Assembly: GCA_964057225.1 (NCBI GenBank)
Contig: OZ059897.1
Coordinates: 2,728,001-2,792,000, forward strand
DNA: 64,000 nucleotides
Direction: 5' to 3'
DNA from: Auanema rhodensis
Lineage: Eukaryota > Animalia > Nematoda
Part shown: positions 40,301-55,200 of the stretch, in pieces
Layout of the letters: each line of letters begins with the position of its first letter
How positions within the stretch are numbered: position 1 is the first letter of the stretch
Notes under the pieces: generated by a model
What the model saw: the letters and a program-made list of their open reading frames with translations, nothing else
The model's database searches: none
Told to the model about the DNA's origin: nothing
Position numbers and translations under genes: made by a program

Positions 40301-41236
40301 CTCGATTTTCACCCTGAAGAATTAATTTTTTCGTTGAATAACATTGTCCATCGTCTTCGCCTTGAAAAAAGGAATCTAAAAACATTCACTTTTTGTGAAA
40401 TTATTCAGAAATTTTTCGGGAAAATTTTTGTCAAAATGTTTTTGGAAGCAATGTTGAGTGTACATGGGAACTCAGCATACACTAATGCATTATTTTTCAA
40501 ACGATCATAACTAATTTTTGTATAGAGCGTTTCTCAATGTAGTATAGCGCATTCGATGCGGATTTTTAAGCTGCGTCGATCTGTGTTATCAGATTTGAGG
40601 TAGCTTAAAAATGCACCGAGATATCAACTGATATATGTTCACTCTTATATCCTCAATTTTCACCCTGAAGAAATGATTTTTTCGTTGAAAAACATTGTCC
40701 ATCGTATTCGTCTTGAAAAAAGGAATCTAAAAACATCTACTTTTTGTGAAATTATTTAGAAATTTTTCGGGAAAATTTTTGTCAAAATGTTTTTGGAAGC
40801 AATGTTGAGTGCACATGGGAACTCAACATACACTAATGCATTATTTTTCAAACGATCATAACTAATTTTTGTATAGAGCGTTTCTCAATGTAGTATAGTG
40901 CATTCGATGCGGATTTTTAAGCTGCGTCGATCTGTGTTATCAGATTTGAGTTAGCTTAAAAATGCACCGAGATATCAACTGATATAGGTTCACACTTATA
41001 TCCTCGATTTTCACCCTGAAGAATTAATTTTTTCGTTGAATAACATTGTCCATCGTCTTTGCCTTGAAAAAAGAAATCTAAAAACTCCTACTTTTTGTGA
41101 AATTATTTAGAAATTTTTCGGGAAAATTTTTGTCAAAATGTTTTTGGAAGCAATGTTGAGTGTACATGGGAACTCAACATACACTAATGCATTATTTTTC
41201 AAACGATCATAACTAATTTTTGTATAGAGCGTTTCT
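37400..41236 (+). repeat. Duplication at 6-monomer offset (2106 bp)
   Basis: GCTTTAAAAT at about 37795/39901, TTCACTCTT at about 38532/40638, TAGCGCATT at about 38439/40545. Confidence 0.87.
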
Positions 41237-44200
41237 CATTGTAGTATAGTGCATTCGATGCGGATTTTTAAGCTGCGTCGATCTGTGTTATCAGATTTGA
41301 GTTAGCTTAAAAATGCACCGAGATATCAACTGATATATGTTCACACTTATATCCTCGATTTTCACCCTGAAGAATTAATTTTTTCGTTAAATAACATTGT
41401 CCATCGTCTTTGCCTTGAAAAAAGAAATCTAAAAACATCTACTTTTTGTGAAATTATTTAGAAATTTTTCGGGAAAATTTTTGTCACAATGTTTTTGGAA
41501 GCAATGTTAAGTGTACATGGGAACTCAACACACACTAATGCATTATTTTTCAAACGATCATAACTAATTTTTGTATTAAGCTTTTCTCAATGTAGTATAG
41601 TGCAGTCGATGCGGATTTTTAAGCTGCGTCGATCTGTGTTATCAGATTTGCGCTAGCTTAAAAATGCTCCGAGATATCAACTTATATAAGTTCACACTTA
41701 TATCCTCGATTTTCACCCTGAAGAATTAATTTTTTCGTTGAAAAACATTGTCCATCGTATTCGTCTTGAAAAAAGGAATCTAAAAACATCTACTTTTTGT
41801 GAAATTATTTAGAAATTTTTCGGGAAAATTTTTGTCAAAATGTTTTTGGAAGCAATGTTGAGTGCACATGGGAACTCAACATACACTAATGCATTATTTT
41901 TCAAACGATCATAACTAATTTTTGTATAGAGCGTTTCTCAATGTAGTATAGTGCATTCGATGCGGATTTTTAAGCTGCGTCGATCTGTGTTATCAGATTT
42001 GAGTTAGCTTAAAAATGCACCGAGATATCAACTGATATAGGTTCACACTTATATCCTCGATTTTCACCCTGAAGAATTAATTTTTTCGTTGAATAACATT
42101 GTCCATCGTCTTTGCCTTGAAAAAAGAAATCTAAAAACTCCTACTTTTTGTGAAATTATTTAGAAATTTTTCGGGAAAATTTTTGTCAAAATGTTTTTGG
42201 AAGCAATGTTGAGTGTACATGGGAACTCAACATACACTAATGCATTATTTTTCAAACGATCATAACTAATTTTTGTATAGAGCGTTTCTCAATGTAGTAT
42301 AGTGCATTCGATGCGGATTTTTAAGCTGCGTCGATCTGTGTTATCAGATTTGAGTTAGCTTAAAAATGCACCGAGATATCAACTGATATAGGTTCACACT
42401 TATATCCTCGATTTTCACCCTGAAGAATTAATTTTTTCGTTGAATAACATTGTCCATCGTCTTTGCCTTGAAAAAAGAAATCTAAAAACTCCTACTTTTT
42501 GTGAAATTATTTAGAAATTTTTCGGGAAAATTTTTGTCAAAATGTTTTTGGAAGCAATGTTGAGTGTACATGGGAACTCAACATACACTAATGCATTATT
42601 TTTCAAACGATCATAACTAATTTTTGTATAGAGCGTTTCTCATTGTAGTATAGTGCATTCGATGCAGATTTTTAAGCTGCGTCGATCTGTGTTATCAGAT
42701 TTGCGCTAGCTTAAAAATGCTCCGAGATAACAACTTATATAAGTTCACACTTATTTCCTCGATTTTCACCCTGAAGAATTAATTTTTTCGTTGAATAACA
42801 TTGTCCATCGTCTTCGCCTTGAAAAAAGGAATCTAAAAACATTCACTTTTTGTGAAATTATTTAGAAATTTTTCGGGAAAATTTTTGTCAAAATGTTTTT
42901 GGAAGCAATGTTGAGTGTACATGGGAACTCAACATACACTAATGCATTATTTTTCAAACGATCATAACTAATTTTTGTATAGAGCGTTTCTCATTGTAGT
43001 ATAGTGCATTCGATGCAGATTTTTAAGCTGCGTCGATCTGTGTTATCAGATTTGCGCTAGCTTAAAAATGCTCCGAGATAACAACTTATATAAGTTCACA
43101 CTTATTTCCTCGATTTTCACCCTGAAGAATTAATTTTTTCGTTGAATAACATTGTCCATCGTCTTCGCCTTGAAAAAAGGAATCTAAAAACATTCACTTT
43201 TTGTGAAATTATTCAGAAATTTTTCGGGAAAATTTTTGTCAAAATGTTTTTGGAAGCAATGTTGAGTGTACATGGGAACTCAGCATACACTAATGCATTA
43301 TTTTTCAAACGATCATAACTAATTTTTGTATAGAGCGTTTCTCAATGTAGTATAGTGCAGTCGATGCGGATTTTTAAGCTGCGTCGATCTGTGTTATCAG
43401 ATTTGCGCTAGCTTAAAAATGCTCCGAGATATCAACTTATATAAGTTCACACTTATATCCTCGATTTTCACCCTGAAGAATTAATTTTTTCGTTGAATAA
43501 CATTGTCGATCGTCTTTGCCTTGAAAAAAGGAATCTAAAAACATTTACTTTTTGTGAAATTATTCAGAAATTTTTCGGGAAAATTTTTGTCAAAATGTTT
43601 TTGGAAGCAATGTTGAGTGTACATGGGAACTCAACATACACTAATGCATTATTTTTCAAACGATCATAACTAATTTTTGTATAAAGCGTTTCTCAATGTA
43701 GTATAGTGCATTCGATGCGGATTTTTAAGCTGCGTCGATCTGTGTTATCAGATTTGAGTTAGCTTTAAAATGCACCGAGATATCAACTGATATAGGTTCA
43801 CACTTATATCCTCGATTTTCACCCTGAAGAATTAATTTTTTCGTTGAATAACATTGTCCATCGTCTTTGCCTTGAAAAAAGAAATCTAAAAACTCCTACT
43901 TTTTGTGAAATTATTTAGAAATTTTTCGGGAAAATTTTTGTCAAAATGTTTTTGGAAGCAATGTTGAGTGTACATGGGAACTCAACATACACTAATGCAT
44001 TATTTTTCAAACGATCATAACTAATTTTTGTATAGAGCGTTTCTCATTGTAGTATAGTGCATTCGATGCGGATTTTTAAGCTGCGTCGATCTGTGTTATC
44101 AGATTTGCGCTAGCTTAAAAATGCTCCGAGATAACAACTTATATAAGTTCACACTTATTTCCTCGATTTTCACCCTGAAGAATTAATTTTTTCGTTGAAT

Positions 44201-44339
44201 AACATTGTCCATCGTCTTCGCCTTGAAAAAAGGAATCTAAAAACATTCACTTTTTGTGAAATTATTCAGAAATTTTTCGGGAAAATTTTTGTCAAAATGT
44301 TTTTGGAAGCAATGTTGAGTGTACATGGGAACTCAGCAT

Positions 44340-47214
44340 ACACTAATGCATTATTTTTCAAACGATCATAACTAATTTTTGTATAGAGCGTTTCTCAATG
44401 TAGTATAGCGCATTCGATGCGGATTTTTAAGCTGCGTCGATCTGTGTTATCAGATTTGAGGTAGCTTAAAAATGCACCGAGATATCAACTGATATATGTT
44501 CACACTTATATCCTCAATTTTCACCCTGAAGAAATGATTTTTTCGTTGAAAAACATTGTCCATCGTATTCGTCTTGAAAAAAGGAATCTAAAAACATCTA
44601 CTTTTTGTGAAATTATTTAGAAATTTTTCGGGAAAATTTTTGTCAAAATGTTTTTGGAAGCAATGTTGAGTGCACATGGGAACTCAACATACACTAATGC
44701 ATTATTTTTCAAACGATCATAACTAATTTTTGTATAGAGCGTTTCTCAATGTCGTATAGTGCATTCGATGCGAATTTTTAAGCTGCGTTGATCTGTGTTA
44801 TCTGATTTGAGTTAACTTAAAAATGCACCGAGATATCAACTGATATAGGTTCACACTTATATCCTCGATTTTCACCCTGAAGAAATGATTTTTTCGTTGA
44901 AAAACATTGTCCATCGTCTTCGTCTTGAAAAAAGGAATCTAAAAACATCTACTTTTTGTGAAATTATTCAGAAATTTTTCGGGAAAATTTTTGTCAAAAT
45001 GTTTTTGGAAGCAATGTTGAGTGTACATGGGAACTCAACATACACTAATGCATTATTTTTCAAACGATCATAACTAATTTTTGTATGGAGCGTTTCTCAA
45101 TGTAGTATAGTGCATTCGATGCGGATTTTTAAGCTGCGTTGATCTGTGTTATCAGATTTGAGTTAGCTTAAAAATGCACCGAGATATCAACTGATATATG
45201 TTCACACTTATATCCTCGATTTTCACCCTGAAGAAATGATTTTTTCTTTGAATAACATTGTCCATCGTCTTCGTCTTGAAAAAAGGAATCTAAAAACATC
45301 TACTTTTTGTGAAATTATTTAGAAATTTTTCGGGAAAATTTTTGTCAAAATGTTTTTGGAAGCAATGTTGAGTGTACATGGGAACTCAACATACACTAAT
45401 GCATTATTTTTCAAACGATCATAACTAATTTTTGTATAGAGCGTTTCTTAATGTAGTATAGTGCATTCGATGCGGAGTTTTAAGCTGTGTCGATCTGTGA
45501 TATCAGATTTGAGTTAACTTAAAAATGCACCGAGATATCAACTGATATATGTTCTCACTTATATCCTCGATTTTCACCCTGAAGAAATGATTTTTTCGTT
45601 GAATAACATTGTCCATCGTCTTTGTCTTGAAAAAAGAAATCTAAAAACATCTACTTTTTGTGAAATTATTTAGAAATTTTTCGGGAAAATTTTTGTCACA
45701 ATGTTTTTGGAAGCAATGTTGAGTGTACATGGGAACTCAACATACACTAATGCATTATTTTTCAAACGATCATAACTAATTTTTGTATAGAGCGTTTCTC
45801 AATGTAGTATAGCGCATTCGATGCGGATTTTTAAGCTGCGTCGATCTGTGTTATCAGATTTGAGGTAGCTTAAAAATGCACCGAGATATCAACTGATATA
45901 TGTTCACACTTATATCCTCAATTTTCACCCTGAAGAAATGATTTTTTCGTTGAAAAACATTGTCCATCGTATTCGTCTTGAAAAAAGGAATCTAAAAACA
46001 TCTACTTTTTGTGAAATTATTTAGAAATTTTTCGGGAAAATTTTTGTCAAAATGTTTTTGGAAGCAATGTTGAGTGCACATGGGAACTCAACATACACTA
46101 ATGCATTATTTTTCAAACGATCATAACTAATTTTTGTATAGAGCGTTTCTCAATGTCGTATAGTGCATTCGATGCGAATTTTTAAGCTGCGTTGATCTGT
46201 GTTATCTGATTTGAGTTAACTTAAAAATGCACCGAGATATCAACTGATATAGGTTCACACTTATATCCTCGATTTTCACCCTGAAGAAATGATTTTTTCG
46301 TTGAAAAACATTGTCCATCGTCTTCGTCTTGAAAAAAGGAATCTAAAAACATCTACTTTTTGTGAAATTATTCAGAAATTTTTCGGGAAAATTTTTGTCA
46401 AAATGTTTTTGGAAGCAATGTTGAGTGTACATGGGAACTCAACATACACTAATGCATTATTTTTCAAACGATCATAACTAATTTTTGTATGGAGCGTTTC
46501 TCAATGTAGTATAGTGCATTCGATGCGGATTTTTAAGCTGCGTTGATCTGTGTTATCAGATTTGAGTTAGCTTAAAAATGCACCGAGATATCAACTGATA
46601 TATGTTCACACTTATATCCTCGATTTTCACCCTGAAGAAATGATTTTTTCGTTGAATAACATTGTCCATCGTCTTCGTCTTGAAAAAAGGAATCTAAAAA
46701 CATCTACTTTTTGTGAAATTATTTAGAAATTTTTCGGGAAAATTTTTGTCAAAATGTTTTTGGAAGCAATGTTGAGTGTACATGGGAACTCAACATACAC
46801 TAATGCATTATTTTTCAAACGATCATAACTAATTTTTGTATAGAGCGTTTCTTAATGTAGTATAGTGCATTCGATGCGGAGTTTTAAGCTGTGTCGATCT
46901 GTGATATCAGATTTGAGTTAACTTAAAAATGCACCGAGATATCAACTGATATATGTTCTCACTTATATCCTCGATTTTCACCCTGAAGAAATGATTTTTT
47001 CGTTGAATAACATTGTCCATCGTCTTTGTCTTGAAAAAAGAAATCTAAAAACATCTACTTTTTGTGAAATTATTTAGAAATTTTTCGGGAAAATTTTTGT
47101 CACAATGTTTTTGGAAGCAATGTTGAGTGTACATGGGAACTCAACATACACTAATGCATTATTTTTCAAACGATCATAACTAATTTTTGTATAGAGCGTT
47201 TCTCAATGTAGTAT
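44340..47214 (+). repeat. Tandem 4-mer duplication (1404 bp)
   Basis: Private double allele GCGGAGTTTTAAGCTGTGTC at about 45472 and 46876. ORFs at 44885/46289. Confidence 0.9.
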
Positions 47215-49514
47215 AGTGCATTCGATGCGGATTTTTAAGCTGCGTCGATCTGTGTTATCAGATTTGAGGTAGCTTAAAAATGCACCGAGATATCAACTTA
47301 TATAAGTTCACACTTATATCCTCGATTTTCACCCTGAAGAAATGATTTTTTTGTTGAAAAACATTGTCCATCGTATTCGTCTTGAAAAAAGGAATCTAAA
47401 AACATCTACTTTTTGTGAAATTATTTAGAAATTTTTCGGGAAAATTTTTGTCAAAATGTTTTTGGAAGCAATGTTGAGTGCACATGGGAACTCAACATAC
47501 ACTAATGCATTATTTTTCAAACGATCATAACTAATTTTTGTATAGAGCGTTTCTCAATGTCGTATAGTGCATTCGATGCGAATTTTTAAGCTGCGTTGAT
47601 CTGTGTTATCTGATTTGAGTTAACTTAAAAATGCACCGAGATATCAACTGATATAGGTTCACACTTATATCCTCGATTTTCACCCTGAAGAAATGATTTT
47701 TTCGTTGAAAAACATTGTCCATCGTCTTCGTCTTGAAAAAAGGAATCTAAAAACATCTACTTTTTGTGAAATTATTTAGAAATTTTTCGGGAAAATTTTT
47801 GTCAAAATGTTTTTGGAAGCAATGTTGAGTGTACATGGGAACTCAACATACACTAATGCATTATTTTTCAAACGATCATAACTAATTTTTGTATAGAGCG
47901 TTTCTTAATGTAGTATAGTGCATTCGATGCGGATTTTTAAGCTGCGTCGATCTGTGATATCAGATTTGAGTTAACTTAAAAATGCACCGAGATATCAACT
48001 GATATATGTTCACACTTATATCCTCGATTTTCACCCTGAAGAATTAATTTTTTCGTTAAATAACATTGTCCATCGTCTTTGCCTTGAAAAAAGGAATCTA
48101 AAAACATCTACTTTTTGTGAAATTATTCAGAAATTTTTCGGGAAAATTTTTGTCAAAATGTTTTTGGAAGCAATGTTGAGTGTACATGGGAACTCAACAT
48201 ACACTAATGCATTATTTTTCAAACGATCATAACTAATTTTTGTATAGAGCGTTTCTCAATGTAGTATAGTGCATTCGATGCGGATTTTTAAGCTGCGTCG
48301 ATCTGTGTTATCAAATTTGAGTTAGCTTAAAAATGCACCGAGATATCAACTGATATAGGTTCACACTTATATCCTCGATTTTCACCCTGAAGAAATGATT
48401 TTTTCGTTGAATAACATTGTCCATCGTCTTCGTCTTGAAAAAAAAAATCTAAAAACATCTACTTTTTAAGAAATTATTCAGAAATTTTTCGGGAAAATTT
48501 TTGTCAAAATGTTTTTGGAAGCAATGTTGAGTGTACATGGGAACTCAACATACACTAATGCATTATTTTTCAAACGATCATAACTAATTTTTGTATAGAG
48601 CGTTTCTCAATGTAGTATAGTGCATTCGATGCGGATTTTTAAGCTGCGTTGATCTGTGTTATCAGATTTGAGTTAACTTAAAAATGCACCGAGATATCAA
48701 CTGATATATGTTCACACTTATATCCTCGATTTTCACCCTGAAGAAATGATTTTTTCGTTGAATAACATTGTCCATCGTCTTTGCCTTGAAAAAAGAAATC
48801 TAAAAACTCCTACTTTTTGTGAAATTATTTAGAAATTTTTCGGGAAAATTTTTGTCAAAATGTTTTTGGAAGCAATGTTGAGTGTACATGGGAACTCAAC
48901 ATACACTAATGCATTATTTTTCAAACGATCATAACTAATTTTTGTATAGAGCGTTTCTTAATGTAGTATAGTGCATTCGATGCGGATTTTTAAGCTGCGT
49001 TGATCTGTGTTATCAGATTTGCGCTAGCTTAAAAATGCTCCGAGATATCAACTTATATAAGTTCACACTTATATCCTCGATTTTCACCCTGAAGAATTAA
49101 TTTTTTCGTTGAATAACATTGTCCATCGTCTTTGCCTTGAAAGAAGAAATCTAAAAACATCTACTTTTTGTGAAATTATTTAGAAATTTTTCGGGAAAAT
49201 TTTTGTCACAATGTTTTTGGAAGCAATGTTAAGTGTACATGGGAACTCAACACACACTAATGCATTATTTTTCAAACGATCATAACTAATTTTTGTATTA
49301 AGCTTTTCTCAATGTAGTATAGTGCAGTCGATGCGGATTTTTAAGCTGCGTCGATCTGTGTTATCAGATTTGCGCTAGCTTAAAAATGCTCCGAGATATC
49401 AATTTATATAAGTTCACACTTATATCCTCGATTTTCACTCTGAAGAATTAATTTTTTCGTTGAATAACATTGTCCATCGTCTTTGCCTTGAAAAAAGGAA
49501 TCTAAAAACATTTA

Positions 49515-52290
49515 CTTTTTGTGAAATTATTCAGAAATTTTTCGGGAAAATTTTTGTCAAAATGTTTTTGGAAGCAATGTTGAGTGTACATGGGAACTCA
49601 ACATACACTAATGCATTATTTTTCAAACGATCATAACTAATTTTTGTATAGAGCGTTCCTTAATGTAGTATAGTGCATTCGATGCGGATTTTTAAGCTGC
49701 GTTGATCTGTGTTATCAGATTTGCGCTAGCTTAAAAATGCTCCGAGATATCAACTTATATAAGTTCACACTTATATCCTCGATTTTCACCCTGAAGAATT
49801 AATTTTTTCGTTGAATAACATTGTCCATCGTCTTTGCCTTGAAAAAAGAAATCTAAAAACTCCTACTTTTTGTGAAATTATGTAGAAATTTTTCGGGAAA
49901 ATTTTTGTCAAAATGTTTTTGGAAGCAATGTTGAGTGTACATGGGAACTCAACATACACTAATGCATTATTTTTCAAACGATCATAACTAATTTTTGTAT
50001 AGAGCGTTTCTCAAGGTAGTATAGTGCATTCGATGCGGATTTTTAAGCTGCGTCGATCTGTGTTATCAGATTTGAGGTAGCTTAAAAATGCACCGAGATA
50101 TCAACTGATATATGTTCACACTTATATCCTCAATTTTCACCCTGAAGAAATGATTTTTTCGTTGAAAAACATTGTCCATCGTATTCGTCTTGAAAAAAGG
50201 AATCTAAAAACATCTACTTTTTGTGAAATTATTAAGAAATTTTTCGGGAAAATTTTTGTCAAAATGTTTTTGGAAGCAATGTTGAGTGCACATGGGAACT
50301 CAACATACACTAATGCATTATTTTTCAAACGATCATAACTAATTTTTGTATAGAGCGTTTTTCAATGTCGTATAGTGCATTCGATGCGAATTTTTAAGCT
50401 GCGTTGATCTGTGTTATCTGATTTGAGTTAACTTAAAAATGCACCGAGATATCAACTGATATAGGTTCACACTTATATCCTCGATTTTCACCCTGAAGAA
50501 ATGATTTTTTCGTTGAAAAACATTGTCCATCGTCTTCGTCTTGAAAAAAGGAATCTAAAAACATCTACTTTTTGTGAAATTATTTAGAAATTTTTCGGGA
50601 AAATTTTTGTCACAATGTTTTTGGAAGCAATGTTAAGTGTACATGGGAACTCAACACACACTAATGCATTATTTTTCAAACGATCATAACTAATTTTTGT
50701 ATGGAGCGTTTCTCAATTTAGTAAAGTGCATTCGATGCGGATTTTTAAGCTGCGTTGATCTATGTTATCAGATTTGCGCTAGCTTAAAAATGCACCGAGA
50801 TATCAACTTATATAAGTTCACACTTATATCCTCGATTTTCACCCTGAAGAATTAATTTTTTCGTTAAATAACATTGTCCATCGTCTTTGCCTTGAAAAAA
50901 GAAATCTAAAAACATCTACTTTTTGTGAAATTATTTAGAAATTTTTCGGGAAACTTTTTGTCACAATGTTTTTGGAAGCAATGTTAAGTGTACATGGGAA
51001 CTCAACACACACTAATGCATTATTTTTCAAACGATCATAACTAATTTTTGTATTAAGCTTTTCTCAATGTAGTATAGTGCAGTCGATGCGGATTTTTAAG
51101 CTGCGTTGATCTGTGTTATCAGATTTGAGTTAGCTTAAAAATGCACCGAGATATCAACTGATATATGTTCACACTTATATCCTCGATTTTCACCCTGAAG
51201 AATTAATTTTTTCGTTAAATAACATTGTCCATCGTCTTTGCCTTGAAAAAAGAAATCTAAAAACATCTACTTTTTGTGAAATTATTCAGAAATTTTTCGG
51301 GAAAATTTTTGTCAAAATGTTTTTGGAAGCAATGTTGAGTGTACATGGGAACTCAACATACACTAATGCATTATTTTTCAAACGATCATAACTAATTTTT
51401 GTATAGAGCGTTCCTTAATGTAGTATAGTGCATTCGATGCGGATTTTTAAGCTGCGTTGATCTGTGTTATCAGATTTGCGCTAGCTTAAAAATGCTCCGA
51501 GATATCAACTTATATAAGTTCACACTTATATCCTCGATTTTCACCCTGAAGAATTAATTTTTTCGTTGAATAACATTGTCCATCGTCTTTGCCTTGAAAA
51601 AAGAAATCTAAAAACTCCTACTTTTTGTGAAATTATGTAGAAATTTTTCGGGAAAATTTTTGTCAAAATGTTTTTGGAAGCAATGTTGAGTGTACATGGG
51701 AACTCAACATACACTAATGCATTATTTTTCAAACGATCATAACTAATTTTTGTATAGAGCGTTTCTCAAGGTAGTATAGTGCATTCGATGCGGATTTTTA
51801 AGCTGCGTCGATCTGTGTTATCAGATTTGAGGTAGCTTAAAAATGCACCGAGATATCAACTGATATATGTTCACACTTATATCCTCAATTTTCACCCTGA
51901 AGAAATGATTTTTTCGTTGAAAAACATTGTCCATCGTATTCGTCTTGAAAAAAGGAATCTAAAAACATCTACTTTTTGTGAAATTATTAAGAAATTTTTC
52001 GGGAAAATTTTTGTCAAAATGTTTTTGGAAGCAATGTTGAGTGCACATGGGAACTCAACATACACTAATGCATTATTTTTCAAACGATCATAACTAATTT
52101 TTGTATAGAGCGTTTTTCAATGTCGTATAGTGCATTCGATGCGAATTTTTAAGCTGCGTTGATCTGTGTTATCTGATTTGAGTTAACTTAAAAATGCACC
52201 GAGATATCAACTGATATAGGTTCACACTTATATCCTCGATTTTCACCCTGAAGAAATGATTTTTTCGTTGAAAAACATTGTCCATCGTCT
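49515..52290 (+). repeat. ~3-monomer block duplicated at 5-monomer offset (1755 bp)
   Basis: TCAAGGTAG at 50011/51766 and ATTAAGAAAT at 50231/51986. ORF pairs 49786/51541 and 50150/51905. Confidence 0.88.
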
Positions 52291-55200
52291 TTGCCTTGAA
52301 AAAAGAAATCTAAAAACATCTACTTTTTGTGAAATTATTTAGAAATTTTTCGGGAAACTTTTTGTCACAATGTTTTTGGAAGCAATGTTAAGTGTACATG
52401 GGAACTCAACACACACTAATGCATTATTTTTCAAACGATCATAACTAATTTTTGTATTAAGCTTTTCTCAATGTAGTATAGTGCAGTCGATGCGGATTTT
52501 TAAGCTGCGTTGATCTGTGTTATCAGATTTGAGTTAGCTTAAAAATGCACCGAGATATCAACTGATATATGTTCACACTTATATCCTCGATTTTCACCCT
52601 GAAGAATTAATTTTTTCGTTAAATAACATTGTCCATCGTCTTTGCCTTGAAAAAAGAAATCTAAAAACATCTACTTTTTGTGAAATTATTTCGAAATTTT
52701 TCGGGAAAATTTTTGTCACAATGTTTTTGGAAGCAATGTTAAGTGTACATTGGAACTCAACACACACTAATGCATTATTTTTCAAACGATCATAACTAAT
52801 TTTTGTATTAAGCTTTTCTCAATGTAGTATAGTGCAGTCGATGCGGATTTTTAAGCTGCGTCGATCTGTGTTATCAGATTTGCGCTAGCTTAAAAATGCT
52901 CCGAGATATCAACTTATATAAGTTCACACTTATATCCTCGATTTTCACCCTGAAGAATTAATTTTTTCGTTGAATAACATTGTCGATCGTCTTTGCCTTG
53001 AAAAAAGGAATCTAAAAACATTTACTTTTTGTGAAATTATTCAGAAATTTTTCGGGAAAATTTTTGTCAAAATGTTTTTGGAAGCAATGTTGAGTGTACA
53101 TGGGAACTCAACATACACTAATGCATTATTTTTCAAACGATCATAACTAATTTTTGTATAGAGCGTTTCTCAATGTAGTATAGTGCATTTGATGCGGATT
53201 TTTAAGCTGCGTCGATCTGTGTTATCAGATTTGAGTTAGCTTAAAAATGCACCGAGATATCAACTGATATAGGTTCACACTTATATCCTCGATTTTCACC
53301 CTGAAGAATTAATTTTTTCGTTGAATAACATTGTCCATCGTCTTTGCCTTGAAAAAAGAAATCTAAAAACTCCTACTTTTTGTGAAATTATTTAGAAATT
53401 TTTCGGGAAAATTTTTGTCAAAATGTTTTTGGAAGCAATGTTGAGTGTACATGGGAACTCAACATACACTAATGCATTATTTTTCAAACGATCATAACTA
53501 ATTTTTGTATAGAGCGTTTCTCATTGTAGTATAGTGCATTCGATGCGGATTTTTAAGCTGCGTCGATCTGTGTTATCAGATTTGCGCTAGCTTAAAAATG
53601 CTCCGAGATAACAACTTATATATGTTCACACTTATTTCCTCGATTTTCACCCTGAAGAATTAATTTTTTCGTTGAATAACATTGTCCATCGTCTTTGCCT
53701 TGAAAAAAGAAATCTAAAAACTCCTACTTTTTGTGAAATTATTTAGAAATTTTTCGGGAAAATTTTTGTCAAAATGTTTTTGGAAGCAATGTTGAGTGTA
53801 CATGGGAACTCAACATACACTAATGCATTATTTTTCAAACGATCATAACTAATTTTTGTATTAAGCTTTTCTCAATGTAGTATAGTGCAGTCGATGCGGA
53901 TTTTTAAGCTGCGTCGATCTGTGTTATCAGATTTGCGCTAGCTTAAAAATGCTCCGAGATATCAACTTATATAAGTTCACACTTATATCCTCGATTTTCA
54001 CCCTGAAGAATTAATTTTTTCGTTGAATAACATTGTCGATCGTCTTTGCCTTGAAAAAAGAAATCTAAAAACTCCTACTTTTTGTGAAATTATTTAGAAA
54101 TTTTTCGGGAAAATTTTTGTCAAAATGTTTTTGGAAGCAATGTTGAGTGTACATGGGAACTCAACATACACTAATGCATTATTTTTCAAACGATCATAAC
54201 TAATTTTTGTATAGAGCGTTTCTCATTGTAGTATAGTGCATTCGATGCGGATTTTTAAGCTGCGTCGATCTGTGTTATCAGATTTGCGCTAGCTTAAAAA
54301 TGCTCCGAGATAACAACTTATATAAGTTCACACTTATTTCCTCGATTTTCACCCTGAAGAATTAATTTTTTCGTTGAATAACATTGTCCATCGTCTTTGC
54401 CTTGAAAAAAGAAATCTAAAAACTCCTACTTTTTGTGAAATTATTTAGAAATTTTTCGGGAAAATTTTTGTCAAAATGTTTTTGGAAGCAATGTTGAGTG
54501 TACATGGGAACTCAACATACACTAATGCATTATTTTTCAAACGATCATAACTAATTTTTGTATAGAGCGTTTCTCAATGTAGTATAGTGCATTCGATGCG
54601 GATTTTTAAGCTGCGTTGATCTGTGTTATCAGATTTGCGCTAGCTTAAAAATGCTCCGAGATATCAACTTATATAAGTTCACACTTATATCCTCGATTTT
54701 CACCCTGAAGAATTAATTTTTTCGTTGAATAACATTGTCCATCGTCTTTGCCTTGAAAAAAGAAATCTAAAAACATCTACTTTTTGTGAAATTATTTAGA
54801 AATTTTTCGGGAAAATTTTTGTCACAATGTTTTTGGAAGCAATGTTGAGTGTACATGGGAACTCAGCATACACTAATGCATTATTTTTCAAACGATCATA
54901 ACTAATTTTTGTATAGAGCGTTTTTCAATGTAGTATAGCGCATTCGATGCGGATTTTTAAGCTGCGTCGATCTGTGTTATCAGATTTGAGGTAGCTTAAA
55001 AATGCACCGAGATATCAACTGATATATGTTCACACTTATATCCTCAATTTTCACCCTGAAGAAATGATTTTTTCGTTGAAAAACATTGTCCATCGTATTT
55101 GTCTTGAAAAAAGGAATCTAAAAACATCTACTTTTTGTGAAATTATTTAGAAATTTTTCGGGAAAATTTTTGTCAAAATGTTTTTGGAAGCAATGTTGAG

